A stretch of DNA of 64,000 bases from the human T2T-CHM13v2.0 reference genome, Homo sapiens, in assembly GCF_009914755.1 (NCBI RefSeq), contig NC_060947.1. One strand, 5' to 3'. Made by a program: the position numbers and the translations under genes. Below the pieces are notes generated by a model, which saw nothing but the letters and a program-made list of their open reading frames with translations, had not been told where the DNA came from and searched no databases. Positions 30,892 through 44,510 of the stretch are shown here, in pieces. Position 1 is the first letter of the stretch; every line of letters begins with the position of its first letter.

Positions 30892-31444
30892 AATAAGCAT
30901 CAACGTAACTGGGGAAAGGTTGACTCATTGAAATAACAGGTTATCTTGCCCAGCTGATTATTGAGAGCCTCCTCTGCTATGGATACCCCCGGCTGGCATT
31001 TGCATGGGCTATGAATGTGTTTACACTATTGTAAGAGGAACCATTCTAAGAGTTCCATCCAAGTACCTTCCCCCATTCCCATGACTTCTTTTTACTGATT
31101 TCCCAATTATGATTTTTCCAAATTCCTAACCAGCCTGTTAGCCTTTGCTCATTAATTGAGCTAGATCTATATGTCTAGCTATCTTTCCTTCCACTGATGT
31201 GTAAAACCACATATACTGACAAATATTCTGCTAACTGGAAGGGTTTCCTTTCACCACTGATTTTCACAACCATTTCTTCTTGGTCATATTGGCATAGCAT
31301 GCATATCCGTAGGTAAATCAAGCCCACATTTTCTCCTCCTCGTTAACTACTCATGAGGAACTCCTCATGGGGTAATAGGTGTGGTTGAGGGCAAGTGATA
31401 AAATAATATAATCAAGTAGCATAAAAGCCTGAGATAATTGTCCA

Positions 31445-32655
31445 TAATTTTAATAGACTATTTTTAGAGTAATTTTAGGTTCACAGAAAAGTTAACCAGA
31501 AAGCATAGAGAGTTCTCATACACCTTTTTTCCCATACATACACAATCTCCCTCACTACCAATATTCCATAGCAGAGTGGTACATTTGTTACAATTGATGA
31601 GTCTTCTGGAACCAACCCAAATGTCCAACAATGATAGACTGGATTAAGAAAATGTGGCACATATACACCATGGAATACTATGCAGCCATAAAAAATGATG
31701 AGTTCATGTCCTTTGTAGGGACATGGATGAAATGGGAAATCATCATTCTCAGTAAACTATCGCAAGGACAAAAAACCAAACACCGCATATTCTCACTCAT
31801 AGGTGGGAATTGAACAATGAGAACACATGGACACAGGAAGAGGGGAACATCACACTCTGGGGACGGTTGTGGGGTTGGGGGAGGGGGGAGGGATAGCATT
31901 AGGAGATATACCTAATGCTAAATGATGAGTTAATGGGTGCAGCACACCAGCATGGCACATGTATACATATGTAACTAACCTGCACGTTGTACACATGTAC
32001 CCTAAAACTTAAAGTATAATAATAATAAAGTAAAATAAAAAAAGAAAATAAGAAGACAATGCTAAATAACTAAAAAAAAAAAAAACGATTGATGAGTCTT
32101 CATTGACAAACCATCATCACCCAAAATCCATAGTTTACATTAGGGTTCACTCTTGGTGTTTTACATTCTACTGATTTTGACAAATGTATAATGGCATGTA
32201 TCCACCGTTATAATATCATACAGAATGGTTGCATTGCCCTAAAAATTCTCTGTGTTCCATCTAATCATCCCTTGCCCCTCTGTAACCACCGACAACAACT
32301 GAAATTTTATTGTTTTCACAATTTTGCCTTTTCCAGATATCGTGTTTTTGTAATCGTACAGTAATGTAGCCTTTTTAGGTTGGCTTCTTTCACCTAGTAA
32401 TATGGATATTTAAGGTTCCTTCATGTCTTTTCACAACTTGATAGCTCATTTCTTTAGAGCACAGAATAATATTCCATTGTCTGGATGTACCATAGTTTGT
32501 CTATTAACCTAATGAAGGGCATTTTGGTTGCTTCCGAGTTTTGGTAATTATGAATAAAGCTACTATAAATATTTGTAGGCAAAGTTTTGTGTGGCAATCA
32601 GTTTTCAACTAATTTGGTTAAATACCAAGAAGTGTGATTGCTGGATCATCTGCTC
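31445..32655 (-). mobile_element. L1MB/MC 3' end inserted in the ERVL
   Basis: tttttagagtaattttaggttcacagaaaag...aagtgtgattgctggatcat. Confidence 0.8.
31607..32085 (+). mobile_element. Young 5'-truncated L1PA (PA3-like)
   Basis: Near-consensus ORF2 C-terminus and 3'UTR, lacks the L1HS-Ta ACA; 17-bp TSD ac(a/g)attgatgagtcttc (31590-31606 / 32085-32101). Confidence 0.93.
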
Positions 32656-33149
32656 ATAATTTTTATGTTGCCTTTCAAATATATTTAGGCCAGGTATACA
32701 CCACTTCTATTTTATAATGAAAAGTTTCTGTGCACATCCAAATTCATGGTTATCTGAATCAGATATCACCAATTAATGATGAGCAATACAATCTCTTCTA
32801 GGGCCCATTCATAAAGCAGGAGCTGCTTTTCTAATGGAAGTAGGGTAAGACTTTTCTCTTAAACCCAGGAATTCTGTGCTATTTTTCTCCAATTGGAGTT
32901 TCCAGAGGCTGCATGCAACATCTCTTTCTCCCACAAAACTTTGCATACCTTCAGGACCTTTGGCTCATAAAGCCTTAATAGTCAAGCATGTTGCACTGCA
33001 GCCTGGAACTCAGGGAGACCCCATTCTTTTCGAGCACTCACTTAAAATTAGAAGCTCTACAGATCACCAAATAGGCTGTCATAGCAGCATGCCAAGTATA
33101 TTATATGTTGCCTTCCAAATCCAAAGAGGTCCGCCAAGCATTATGTCTC

Positions 33150-33150
<1 letters not shown>

Positions 33151-33190
<40 letters not shown>
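33151..33190. repeat. (TG)n microsatellite, ~20 units
   Basis: Direct read. Confidence 0.95.
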
Positions 33191-33191
<1 letters not shown>

Positions 33192-33524
33192 TGGGTGATA
33201 AAAGGTAAAACAACTTGTGTCTCATTTTGAATAAATTTTCCCAATATACCCTAGACCACTGGACTCTTCCCTAATGTGGCAGGTCTTGAACTTCTGTGTA
33301 ATGTATCTTCCACTCTCTGGCATTCACATGTCTTACTAAGGCATCTATGGCAGTATTATTGAAAGTAATGGATTCATGTCGGTTCAGGAACTGTTTGTCA
33401 TTAGTCTACGATAAGATAAATAAGAAAATTGACATTTTAAAACAATCATACAGAACTAATGACATACTTGCAATATCCAAGTACATAGATATTTTTCTAG
33501 TACTTTATGTTTATTATATTTTAC

Positions 33525-33795
33525 AAACCAAATACCACATATTCTTACTTATAAGTGGGAGCTAAACACTGAATACACATGGACACAAAGTTGAAAAGAA
33601 TAGACACTGGGGACTGCTTGAAGGGTGAGGGTGGCAGGGGGTCGTAGATTGGAAGGCTACTTATCAGGTACTATGCCCACTACCTTGGTGATGGGATCAT
33701 TTGTACACCAGGCCTTAGTGTTATTTAATTTACCCATGTAACAAACCTGCACATGTCATGTAATCCTTGAGCCCAAAATAAAAGTAGAAAAAAGT
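33525..33795 (+). mobile_element. Old L1PA/L1PB 3'UTR fragment
   Basis: ttcttacttataagtgggagctaaac...tacccatgtaacaaacctgcacatg. Confidence 0.85.
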
Positions 33796-35327
33796 GTCAA
33801 TCTTTGATGAAATTAAAAATAATTAATAATTTTTAATTGAAAATTGTAAAAGATATCCTTTGCTAATGAAATTTGGTAAGAACTGATCTATAGTGCTTGT
33901 TGCTATTTCTGACTCAGTAGGTCCAATTAACATAATTTAATCCAATTAACATCACTCTAACGGGCCAAAGTGATAGTCTGTGGGATATCAAGATGATCAA
34001 AATCTCTTTGGACTACATTTGGACCTAGAGCAAGAGAGCTTTCAGTCCTGAGGTGATACAGTAAATAATGTATTATTGTCCATGCTATGGAAATATACAC
34101 TGTTTCTGATAGTCATTACGGATTGGAAGGTTAAGGGAAAACATTCTACAGGTCAGTAGTTGCGTACTTGAATCCAGGAGCTGTGTTGCTTTGCTTCAGT
34201 AAAGATTCCACATCTGAAATCATGCCTGTAATTGGCATCACATCCTGGTTATTTGCAATAATTTACTGTCATTTTCCATCATCCATCTGGCTTTTGCACC
34301 AGCCAAACAAGCATAATAAATGGAAATGTTATAGGAATCATTTCCTCTGCATCTCGAAATTCTGATAGCAGCACTAATCTGCAAATTCCTTCAGGGTTTT
34401 TGGTTTGTTATCTTTGAAGGATCTCCCCCTTCACATTTTCTACCATAATAGTCCTTACCCCATGAGAAAAGGAAGCATTGTGGAGATCTTGTAAGTTACT
34501 TTATATGCCTATTCCCACTATATACTTTGCAGCCAGTGAAATAACCACGGAATGATCCTACATTTCCAATGAATATATTGTAAAATAAAGCCAAGACTCC
34601 ATCTATCATCTGATTTTACTAAGCCCATACTTCTACCAGTGGAATACAGTGGCATTTTCAAGTATCTAGGCATCAACCCAAATTCCAGGTAAGTAACTAT
34701 TAATCCCCAGAAGCTAAGGCTATCTTTCATCCCCTAGTGCAGTTACTCAGACTAATGGCTGCAGGGTTCACTGGAGAAGAGCTGAGGAAACGTTTATGGT
34801 ATAAGTCTGTGACCATATTGCAAGATCCCTCCTCAAAAGTTCACAGTTTGCCCTCAGTTGGAGGTCTTTGACCTGACTGACCCTGAGGAATTGGAGAAGA
34901 GGCCATGGATTCACACTGTGGTGAATAAATTCACACTGTGGTGTAAAAATTAGGATTCTAATTGTTTTAGAATTTTTCCACCTTTATTATCAACTAGCAA
35001 CTTAGTAGGATACCAATCTACTGAATTTCTAAGGACCCTGTGATCAGGTGGCCATTGCCACAGTTTGTTTTAGGTCAAAACACTCTGATTATCATTACAA
35101 TCCCTGGGTTTTTGAGAAATTTCACAGAACTTGATAGTTAAATGCTGCTACTTCATCTCTACCACACCAGGATCCCATTATTTCCATTGACATTAGGGAA
35201 CCCAAATCCATCACATTTCATATTCTTCGCTGGTTTACAGAGTTCGGCCACTACAGAGTTAAGATTTTACATAATTGATGCACCAGTGTTTCCATTTCCC
35301 TGGGTCTTTGGCCTTTTTCCTCTAGTG

Positions 35328-35520
35328 CAGTGGTTCTCAAACATCAGTGTGAATCAGAATCACCTGGAGGGTTTGTTAAAACACATATTACTGGGTGCTG
35401 CCGCCAGTGTTTCTGATTAAACATTTCCGACTACCCCGGAACTAATAATTTAGAATGATAACAAGTTCCCAGGTTAGGCTGTTGATGATGGTCTAGGGAC
35501 TAATTTTTGATAATAGTTGC
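35328..35520. mobile_element. MER5A
   Basis: cagtggttctcaaac...atcagaatcacctggagggtttgttaaaacac. Confidence 0.8.
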
Positions 35521-36779
35521 TCCAGTGTATGCCAGGAAAATACTAGCATTTTAACCTCATTAACTGTAGTCCACTATTGAACCCAGAATTTAATTATCCA
35601 ATCTAGCAGATTGTTATTAGCTAATCCAAGGTTCTTGAGCTGCCACATCAACTACTGTATCCTAGGTGAATATACTCATGTCAATGCATTTAGTTCATTG
35701 AGTCTTAAATTTCACCTGCCTTGCTCAAACATTCTTATAATTCACTCCCACACATGCCCTCCACACTCTCTTATGGGCCCAAAGACAATGAAAGATGGTA
35801 ACTTACAAAGAGGAATAATTCCAATTTGTGAGGCAACCAGTCCTGGTCCTACTACTGAAAGTGTTTTATGCAGAGAGGCTGCCTTTACAGGCAAGAGAGT
35901 TGAATGGACACAAGAAACCTGTACTGACCTCACTGGGAGAATGCCAAGAGAATAAATATGCTGGGCTCACAGTGCTCCCTCTCTCTCCTGTCTCTTTCGA
36001 GGATTCTCATTTCACTAAACCCAAGGGGAAGCTAGAGAGCACAGGAGCCTATTGATGTAACCCATAACTGTTAGTATCCCAGGGCAGAAATCAAAGGGTA
36101 GAGTAGAGCTGGTGGGGCACATAGATATTGAGAACAGGAGGAACCCATCCATTGGTGATCAGTCTTTTCCTGTGGAAACTTGAGCCCTAATAGGTCTTCT
36201 CTTCAGTCTGCTCTCAAATCTTATTCATCTTGTTGCCTATGTCCTGAATCTGACTTGACACATTATCAGTTCACAACTTGACTGTCAACTATATAAAGTG
36301 TTCAACCTACTAGTTGCCTAATATATTTCCCTTGGCGTGGTAATCATTAATATTATTCAATAGATATTAATGGTTCCCCTTCTGAGCACATGGTAAGATT
36401 ACACCTGTGTACCTCCTTCTAGTTTGAGGTCACCATGTCTATATGCCAAAACAGATGCTCTCTCTATCCCATGTATATTTAAAAGTATTCATAAACAAAG
36501 ATTTAGAATAATCTCAACCTTTAAGTATAGAAAAATTATTTGCATGCCTATTTTGAATGCTCATTTTAATTGTAAAAATGACTTTATATAAATTAGTATT
36601 TAGAACGAGCTAAGAAAATTTGATGGTAGCGGTAGAGAATGGGACAAACTTGAGCCACTAAAGTTTGTCAAAGGAAACCACACAAATTAGATATTAGATA
36701 ACATTTTAATATCTTGGAGCTAAGAGGTTAAAACTGAAAAGCATAAAAATTCTACATTGAGGTAAGAATGGCAACATTA

Positions 36780-37090
36780 ACATGAGAAAGGAAAAATAAA
36801 TTGTAGTACAGGCATGCAAAAAATAATATAAACAATTTCATATTTTGCTCATTGATAAATGCATATCCGATAAAAGTAGAAAGTTATCCTTGGGAATGAT
36901 AACTGCCAAATTCAGGATATTGGTTACTTTTGGGCATGAGGAGGGAAAGTTGATTGGGCAGTGGTATACCAGAGTATAACTGTATTTGTAATGTTTTATT
37001 TCTTAAACTAAGTGGTAGGTACAAGAGTAGGTATGTGGTATCATTCTCTCTACCTTCTTATATATTTAACATATCACATAATAACAAGAT
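36780..37090 (+). mobile_element. L1ME-type 3' fragment
   Basis: caaattcaggatattggttac...tgtaatgttttatttcttaaactaagtggtaggtaca. Confidence 0.6.
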
Positions 37091-37819
37091 GGAACTGCAA
37101 TCACGAAAACTTCTTTCTTTATTTTATTTAATCAAATAGTTATAAGTGTTTATGAGCGACTGAAAAAAATTTCTGATATTTTGCTGATTAGAAAATTAAC
37201 TGCTTCCACTCTTGATTCTTGGATAAAGCTGTGGAAGAAATCAAAATCCTGTCATATTGGACTTTTGTTCTGAATTATGGATATAGCTATATTTTCCTTT
37301 TGCACAAGACACTGCTATCAGCATCTCCAATTTTATTTAGAGATACTTACAAATCATTCTTATAAAACTAACTTTGACATGACTTAATCACAGTTAATTG
37401 TGACAAAAATCCATGGCAGAGATGAAAAATGCTAAAACAGTCATACCAAATATGTCTTTCATTACATTCTTTATAAATCACTAACTTAACTTTATTTCAA
37501 GCATTTAACTTAAGGAAATGTTTTTCAAAATATGATGCTCAGACTACATGTATCACAATCACATGGAGTGATTGTTAAAAATAGATTTCTGAGCTCTGAG
37601 CTGCATGCTAGACTTTCTGAATCAAACTTTCTAAGTATAGGTCTGTGATTCTTCATTTTGAACGAAGTTTTAGGACAAAACTTGAAGACTGACTTCTATA
37701 TAAGAAGTGGTTTGTGAAACAAAATGGAAATTAATGGTATTGTATGTTACATATTGGGGTTTTTACATGAGAGTAAGGGAAGTAAAATCTTGATAAAATT
37801 GAACTTAACTAGAGAGAAC

Positions 37820-38150
37820 ACTCATTCAACACATATATATAGGGGGCCTACTATGTGTGTGACACTGCTAGGAATTAGGGTTAGAGTGGTTATTATGATA
37901 TAATCCTAATAGACATGCAAATGCATCATTATAAAAAATTATTATTAGTGAATTTATAGTGATAGGCACAGGGGAGGGACACATCACCCAAACTGAGGAA
38001 GTCAACAGTGTCTTTCTGGAGGTGGTGATACCTTCATGGACTCTTAAATAACAGATATCAGCTGACTTAGTGAAGAGAGAGATGTGTGGGGTATATGCAT
38101 TCCAAGCAAAGACATGGGGGCATATGACTTATGGATAAGAGAAACTGAAA
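37820..38150 (-). mobile_element. L2 3' end
   Basis: ctcattcaacac...gcctactatgtgtgtgacactgctagg. Confidence 0.65.
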
Positions 38151-39904
38151 TTTTTTCTACCATTTCTGCTTTCTAATGTCTCATTTGAAGATGCCACATT
38201 TTCCCAACCTTCTTCCTAGATTCCGGTTTCTAACTAAATCGTGGGTTCTCCCCATCTCCAGAAAGGGATTTGGAACTTCATTCACAGTTTTCCCATTCAT
38301 TTATTCTCCTGTAATCCTGAGAAAATTTGTTCTTAGCAAATTCAAGATCATGGTGATGACTCATCTAACAATGTGGTTTTTCAGTTCTGATATCTATCTT
38401 ATACTCCACCAAAAATTACCCTCAACACTTCTGTAATTCCCTCTCATGGGCCCACCCTAGACATAGTAAACATCTGGGAAAATGCAAGCATTGAATTCTT
38501 GAATTCAGAAATGACTCTTTCTTGTATCTTTCCACTTCCACTCTCTACTTTCCCACTCTTCTACTTTCTATATCTTTAACCTGTGATCCCTCCCAATTCT
38601 CCCAGGCTGGCGGGCCCCTCCAGCCTTCATTACCTTCCCATTCTCTTCTAGATATCTTGTCAACTACACCTTCAGGCATGAAGCCCTTCAATTTCCATTT
38701 TTATTCACCTTCAAATGTATCTTCAAAGAGTCTTGCCTTTGTCACTTCTCATTCTTTGTTCTCTACCTGAGAAATCGTATCTATTTATGAATATGATGCC
38801 ATTTTTAACCTGAATGAGCTCAGACTGTCATTGTAATAGAAATTTGTAAAAACAAATTGATAACACAAAGAGAGGTAAATTGTTTCAGCTATTAACTTGT
38901 GGGTGATGTTCCTCAGCTTTACAACTCAAGCCATGATCTATTTCTCCTGAGCTTCAGACTATATATTCAAACTCTTGCTGGATAACTCCATTTTCATGTT
39001 CTCTGGGGTTTTTAACTCAAGATGCTCCAACTGAGCCTATTATGATCCTATAAAATTTTTTGTAGGTCTCAACTTGATGGTTCTATCTGGATAGTTACTA
39101 GTTGCCTTAACTTGACTATTTAAAAAAGGCTTTAAAGTTAATTAATTTACCTCTGAATACTTCCTTGACTATATCTCCACTGTAAAATAATAATTATTAC
39201 AATAGTTATACACACATAAATCCCATAGGCTCATTGAGAGGAAGAAAAGTGTTTATGTAAAGATCTTTTTTAAACAATGCTTTGTGTATAGTAAATGCTA
39301 TATAGCTATTATTATTTTCTAAATATTATTTTTAGGCAATCAGATATTTTCAATTTGTCTTCGAGTTATTACTTAGGGTGCACCATTTTTGTTTCTAAAC
39401 ATTTACTCTTTTTTATATTACTAACTTAATTGGATATTCTCACCTTTTTTGGCAGCTTGATATATTGTCTGTTATTTTATAAAAAGACATTTGAAAATGA
39501 GTATAATTTCAATTAGTGAGTTATAGAATTTAAAGCACATCTAATTCTATGTTAATAATTAAATTTTTATTCCTTTGCTATTTAATTTGTTTAGTGTTAT
39601 CTGTGGTAGATTGACATTAGTTAAACATATCATGCCACTATTGTTTTCCTCATTTTTTCTTTGTTTCTAGTAGTTTCTAAGGACTTTTGATTTACAGATT
39701 TCAGCCTTTCTTTTTAAATTTTTTACTAAAAACATGTGTCTTATAAGCAACATATAATTGAATTTTATTTCTAGTTAAGTCTGAGGTGTTATATGATTTG
39801 ATGGATGAAGCTAGGCCACTTACATTTCTTGTGATACTTATTGTATTTTGCTGCCAAACTATATAGATTATAGCTTGTTCATTTATTTATATATTTGCAT
39901 ATGG

Positions 39905-42323
39905 ACATCCAATTGTAGCTGTAGGCCCGTGGTCCTTGTTTCCTCGTTGCTTGTTAGCTAAGGCAGGTCTTTGCTCCTGGAGTGCAAGTGCACATGCATT
40001 ACTTCTCATGTTTTCCATGTGTTCCCCTCCCACTACAGTGGATAGAGTCCTGGTTATGCTTTGAATCTTTCTCACAGTCCCTGATACTACATCTCTGTGA
40101 CCTCAGCTGGAACAAGTTCTCTGCTTTTAAGGGTTCATGGAATTACATTAGGTCCACATGGAGAAGCAAGAATAATCTCTTTATTATTTTAATGTTGGTC
40201 ACCTTAATTACATCTGCCAATTCCTTTTTGCCATGCCATGTGACATATTAACAGGTTCCTAAGATTTGGATTTTGAACATCTTGGTGGGTATTCTATCTA
40301 CCACAATCCACCCTCTGGCCACAAAAGATTCATGTCCATTCCAAATAAAAAAGAAAATACTCACTTCATTCTAAGTTCCTCAAAGATCTCATTCCATTAC
40401 CATGTCAAAACAAAGTCCAAAAATAGCATGTAAATCTCATCAGCTCAAAAAACCTAAATCTATTAATCTAAATCAGTTGTGGATGAGACTGTGGCTATAA
40501 TTCATTAGATACAAATTTTAGGGCATAATTCCTCTCCATCTGCGGGCCTGTGAAGCTAAAGAAACAAGTGAACTGCTCCCAAAATACACTTGTGGCACAG
40601 ATATAGGATAGCAGTTACAGTGTAGACATTTTATTTCCAAAAAGGGAAGATGGATAGTAAACAATAATCAATAATCTAAAACAGTTTTGAAATTAGTCAT
40701 TCAAACTCCCTTATAGTTCAATACCTGGAAATGGAAATAATTTTCTGTGGTTCTCAGCCTTGCCCTCGGTGCTCTAAGCTCTGTCCTGTATGCTCTTGGC
40801 TCTGTCCTCTAAGTCATTCTCCCTTTTTCATGGGAGGAAGCATGTATTTGCAGCAAAATAACTTTATCAGCCTGCTTACTGTCAGCAGCATTTCACAGGT
40901 TCTCCAGCCTTCTTTAATTACTTACTTTCTCTGTCCTTTTCAATCTAAGCTGACAGTGTTCTGATTATATACGATTCTCAAGAAGTTTGTGGATCTCATC
41001 TTGATGTCACAAGTATTCATTAGACAGAAGTTAGGTCTACAGATCTTTTTGGATGATTCTCTATGCTTGGCTTCTGCTGGGATGTCTAAGGCATGATTCC
41101 CTTAAGATACCTAGAGGGTCCCTGATTTGTTTAAGGGGATCTGTGGGCCACACCTTTAATGCATTTTGTGTGACTGAATACTCTGACTTTTTGGCATCTG
41201 AATAGGTTGGAAAATTTCCAAATCATTAATTCCTGGGTATTTTTATTTTAATTTCACAGTTCTTTCCTTAAGTTCTCTTTCTTCTCTTTATTTTTACTAT
41301 AAGCAGTGAGAAGAAAACAGAATGCACTTTAAAATTTTGCTTGGAGATGTGAGGTAAATGATCAGGACTTTCATTTACAAGTTCTGCTTTTCATATAACT
41401 GCAGGATGCAATTTCACCAAACTGTCTGACAGTGCATAACATGGGTCTCCTTTCCTTCAGTTTACAGAAATATGTTCCTCACTTCTCTCTGAGCCTTAAC
41501 CAGTACTATCATCCAAGTCTAGATCTCTATTAATAGTCTGTTCAAGTGATTTAGGCTTTCGCTAGTGATTTACAATTTCTCTCAAGTTATCTTCTCTTCC
41601 TTCTGAACCCTGACAAGCAGCATCAGTATTTCTACTGACAGAGTGTTAAAGTCAATTTAGTCTTTTTATGTCATGCTCCTCAAAGTCTTCCAACCTTTAT
41701 TCACTAACCCATTCCAAACTCACTTCCACGTTTTTTGATATTTGTCATATAAATGCCCCACTTCTGGTACCAAAATATTCATTGTTTTTCTATTGCTGCC
41801 ATAACAAGTTGCTAGAAATTTAACAGCATAAAACAACAGCCATTTATTAGCTCGATTCTATGAATCAGAAGCCAATCACAACATGACTCACTGGGGTCTT
41901 TTGCTCAGGGCCTCACAAAGCCTAAATTAAGGTATCAGCAGAGCTATATTTGTTTATTACTGGAAGATCTGTAGAAAAAATCGACTTCCAAGCTTATTCA
42001 GGTTATTGGCCATATATATTTTCTTTCATCTGGAGCACTGAGTTTCCTCTTTCCTTGCTGAATATCATCAGCTGGGGCCAGTCTTTGCTTTTAGAGGTTG
42101 CTCACATTCCTACCCATGCTTTCCATGTGGCCTCCTCTAGCAATGGCATGTCAGGTTCCTCTCATTCTTTGAATCTCTCTGACTTCTTATTCTTCTGACT
42201 CTATCTGACTCCAGCAATAACCTTAATTACATCTCTACCGTCTCTTTTGTAATATAATAAAGAATATTCACAGGTTCCCAGGATTAGTTCATAAACATTT
42301 GGGGGGCCATTCTATCTTTCACA
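39905..42323 (-). mobile_element. MLT1 (D/E-like) MaLR element: partial LTR, ~1.5-kb internal region, LTR
   Basis: Both LTRs end alike on the + strand (attctatctaccaca ~40305; attctatctttcaca ~42323). Internal region is bounded by atccaccctctggcc and ccacttctggtaccaaaat. Confidence 0.8.
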
Positions 42324-43289
42324 ATATTTTAAATATGTTTAACCAGAGAAAAATAGGCATTTTTTCTCCTGTTAACATACCTTCTGATAGTTTATTTTTA
42401 TAATTTGTCCAGAGGTTTTAGTTGTAATCAGTGGAAGAAATAGGCTATAGTTGACTTACTCTATCTTGCTTGGGACTTGAAGTCCTTATATTAATTTTTA
42501 AAAGTGTTTATTGAGTGCTTTTATGTGCTTGGCAATGTGATATACAAGGCAAAAATATAGAATGTTGTTACTTCAACATCATTCAAGAACTTATAACCTT
42601 TTAAGTAAAAAATCAAAGCTCATTAAATTCTGAGATTGTGTAAACCTGGGCTATAGTCCTTTCTTAAAGAATGGATTTTCTAAAAGTTAATTGACTCTGT
42701 CCTCCTGTAACTGATATTTGTTAACAGAATTTCATCAGAAAGAGAGAACAATGCAGCTCTTGAAATACCAGCATATTCAGGAATAGCTAATTTAGTTTTC
42801 TGAATGACCTTAAAAGCCTGTACCGATTAGAGAAAAATTCAAGATATTTGAAAACTGCTGCTATAGAAACAGCCTTATTTCAGCATTTTCAAAAGGTTAT
42901 TTGTATGAGTTTGACAATGAATGTTGGGGAGAGAATGAGATCTAAAAAGGAAGAGAGCACACATACCAAAAGAAATTTACACACGTGTGTGTGTGTGTGT
43001 ATGAGAAAAGAAATATGAAATAAAGAAAAAGATGGAAACAAAACAATGATAAACTGAATGAACATGTGAGGAACTCTTCCAAGGCTGTTATTGTCGTTAA
43101 TAACAGAGTCAATGGTTTAAAGGAGACAGTATTAGTTATTTGGTTAGCAGTTCACAGAAGTAATTAGTCAGTCTAATCAATATTGCAAGCATAAATTGCC
43201 ACTGTTTGTTACAAGTGCTTTAGGAAGATTTCTCTCATATTGAGTTCTTAGGTAATTATGTTCCTTGACATAACAAAGAATCACTAGTG

Positions 43290-43540
43290 CATTGGTTAAC
43301 AGCACAGTTTCTAGAGATGAATGGTATCAATTTGAAGCCTGATTCTGAACCATCTGTAAACACTTGGGCAAGTTATGTAACCTCTCTGTGCCTCACTTTC
43401 CTGATTTGTAGAATATGAAGATTAAAATAGTAGTACCTGCCTCATTGGGTTATTGTAAGAATTAAATGAGTTTTTATGTGTGAAAAACTCAGAATAGTAT
43501 TTGCCACATAGGAAGCACTATGCTAGTTATTATTACTGCA
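43290..43540 (+). mobile_element. MIR
   Basis: cttgggcaagttatgtaacctctctgtgcctcactttcctgatttgta. Confidence 0.85.
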
Positions 43541-44351
43541 GCCATCAACAATAACAAGTGGGATGTGAAGTGTAATTGTGTGTCTTTAGGGCACAGGCTC
43601 TTGAAGAAGCCTATAAGTCTAGTATTAGGAGACAATGTAAAGGTAGCAGGGCCTATTCTCCATTTTAGTCATGATTTTGGGGGGCTTTGGAGGTAATTTT
43701 TAAAAAGATATAGACTCTGTGAAACATAATGCTAAAATATTTTTTTTTATTTCATAGCACCTTCAATGCTATAGGTTATGAGTCAAAGTCTAGTTCAAGT
43801 CTGAAAGAGAGAGAAAGAAAGAGACAGGGAGAGAAAGATGTAAGTTTTCATCAGGATTCGCTAGAAAGTATACTTTATGGATAGTAGGAATTTTGTTTTG
43901 TTTTGTTTTGCTCATCGATATATCACAGGCTCCTAGAACAGTCCTAGAACAGTACACAGTAGATACCCACTAAATATTTGTTTAAAGAATAAATGTTATC
44001 AGCAGTTGTGAGTAACCCCCCAACTCCAGTCCTCCTCCAACATAATACTAAATTATTCACATTATATTGGGGCAGGGAGGCGATAGGGGGGATTTATATA
44101 AGTGAAGATAATAAATTGGTAACTTCCCCCATTATTCTAAGATATGTCAAATCTTATCTTATCCAGATAGTCCAGATAGGCCATGACCACACCTCCAAAT
44201 ATTAATATGTAGCCTTTTTTTGTAGGTGGATGTGAGTGGGATTCCAATTTAATTAACTATGAATTAAAGGAAAAAAAGGAAGTCATTATGCAAATGTCTG
44301 CTCTTTGAAAGCAATCAGACCTAAATACATTAATTCTTTCATTTTTCTATT

Positions 44352-44510
44352 AGTGTTTTTCAAAGGCATGGATCAGAATGTCCTGGAAGGCATGTTAAAA
44401 TATAGATTGTTGGTCTTCACTCACTGCATTCTGAGTCAGTTGGTCTGGGATGGGGCCTGCTAATTTGCATTTTTAGAAATTTCCAGGGTGCTGCTGCTGC
44501 TGCTGATATA
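44352..44510. mobile_element. MER5A
   Basis: ttctgagtcagttggtctgggatggggcctgctaatttgcattttta. Confidence 0.75.

Larger units (their letters stand above)
29100..36136 (-). mobile_element. Decayed ERVL-class provirus with two LTR33/LTR41-like LTRs
   Basis: Homologous LTR ends at ~29410-29556 and ~36003-36136. Minus-strand relics of integrase (QWVNVQCVHGGRDRDYVWTQQYG...CPTC) and dUTPase (KLRLP..ELLMPLNQQAQKGVTV). Confidence 0.8.

Noticed and set aside
31631-31813. ORF MIDWIKKMWHIYTMEYYAA
   Set aside because: C-terminal fragment of L1 ORF2 in a 5'-truncated copy
29898-35955. ORFs in the ERVL region as a domesticated retroviral gene
   Set aside because: Stops and frameshifts inside the integrase and dUTPase motifs; plus-strand ORFs are antisense to pol
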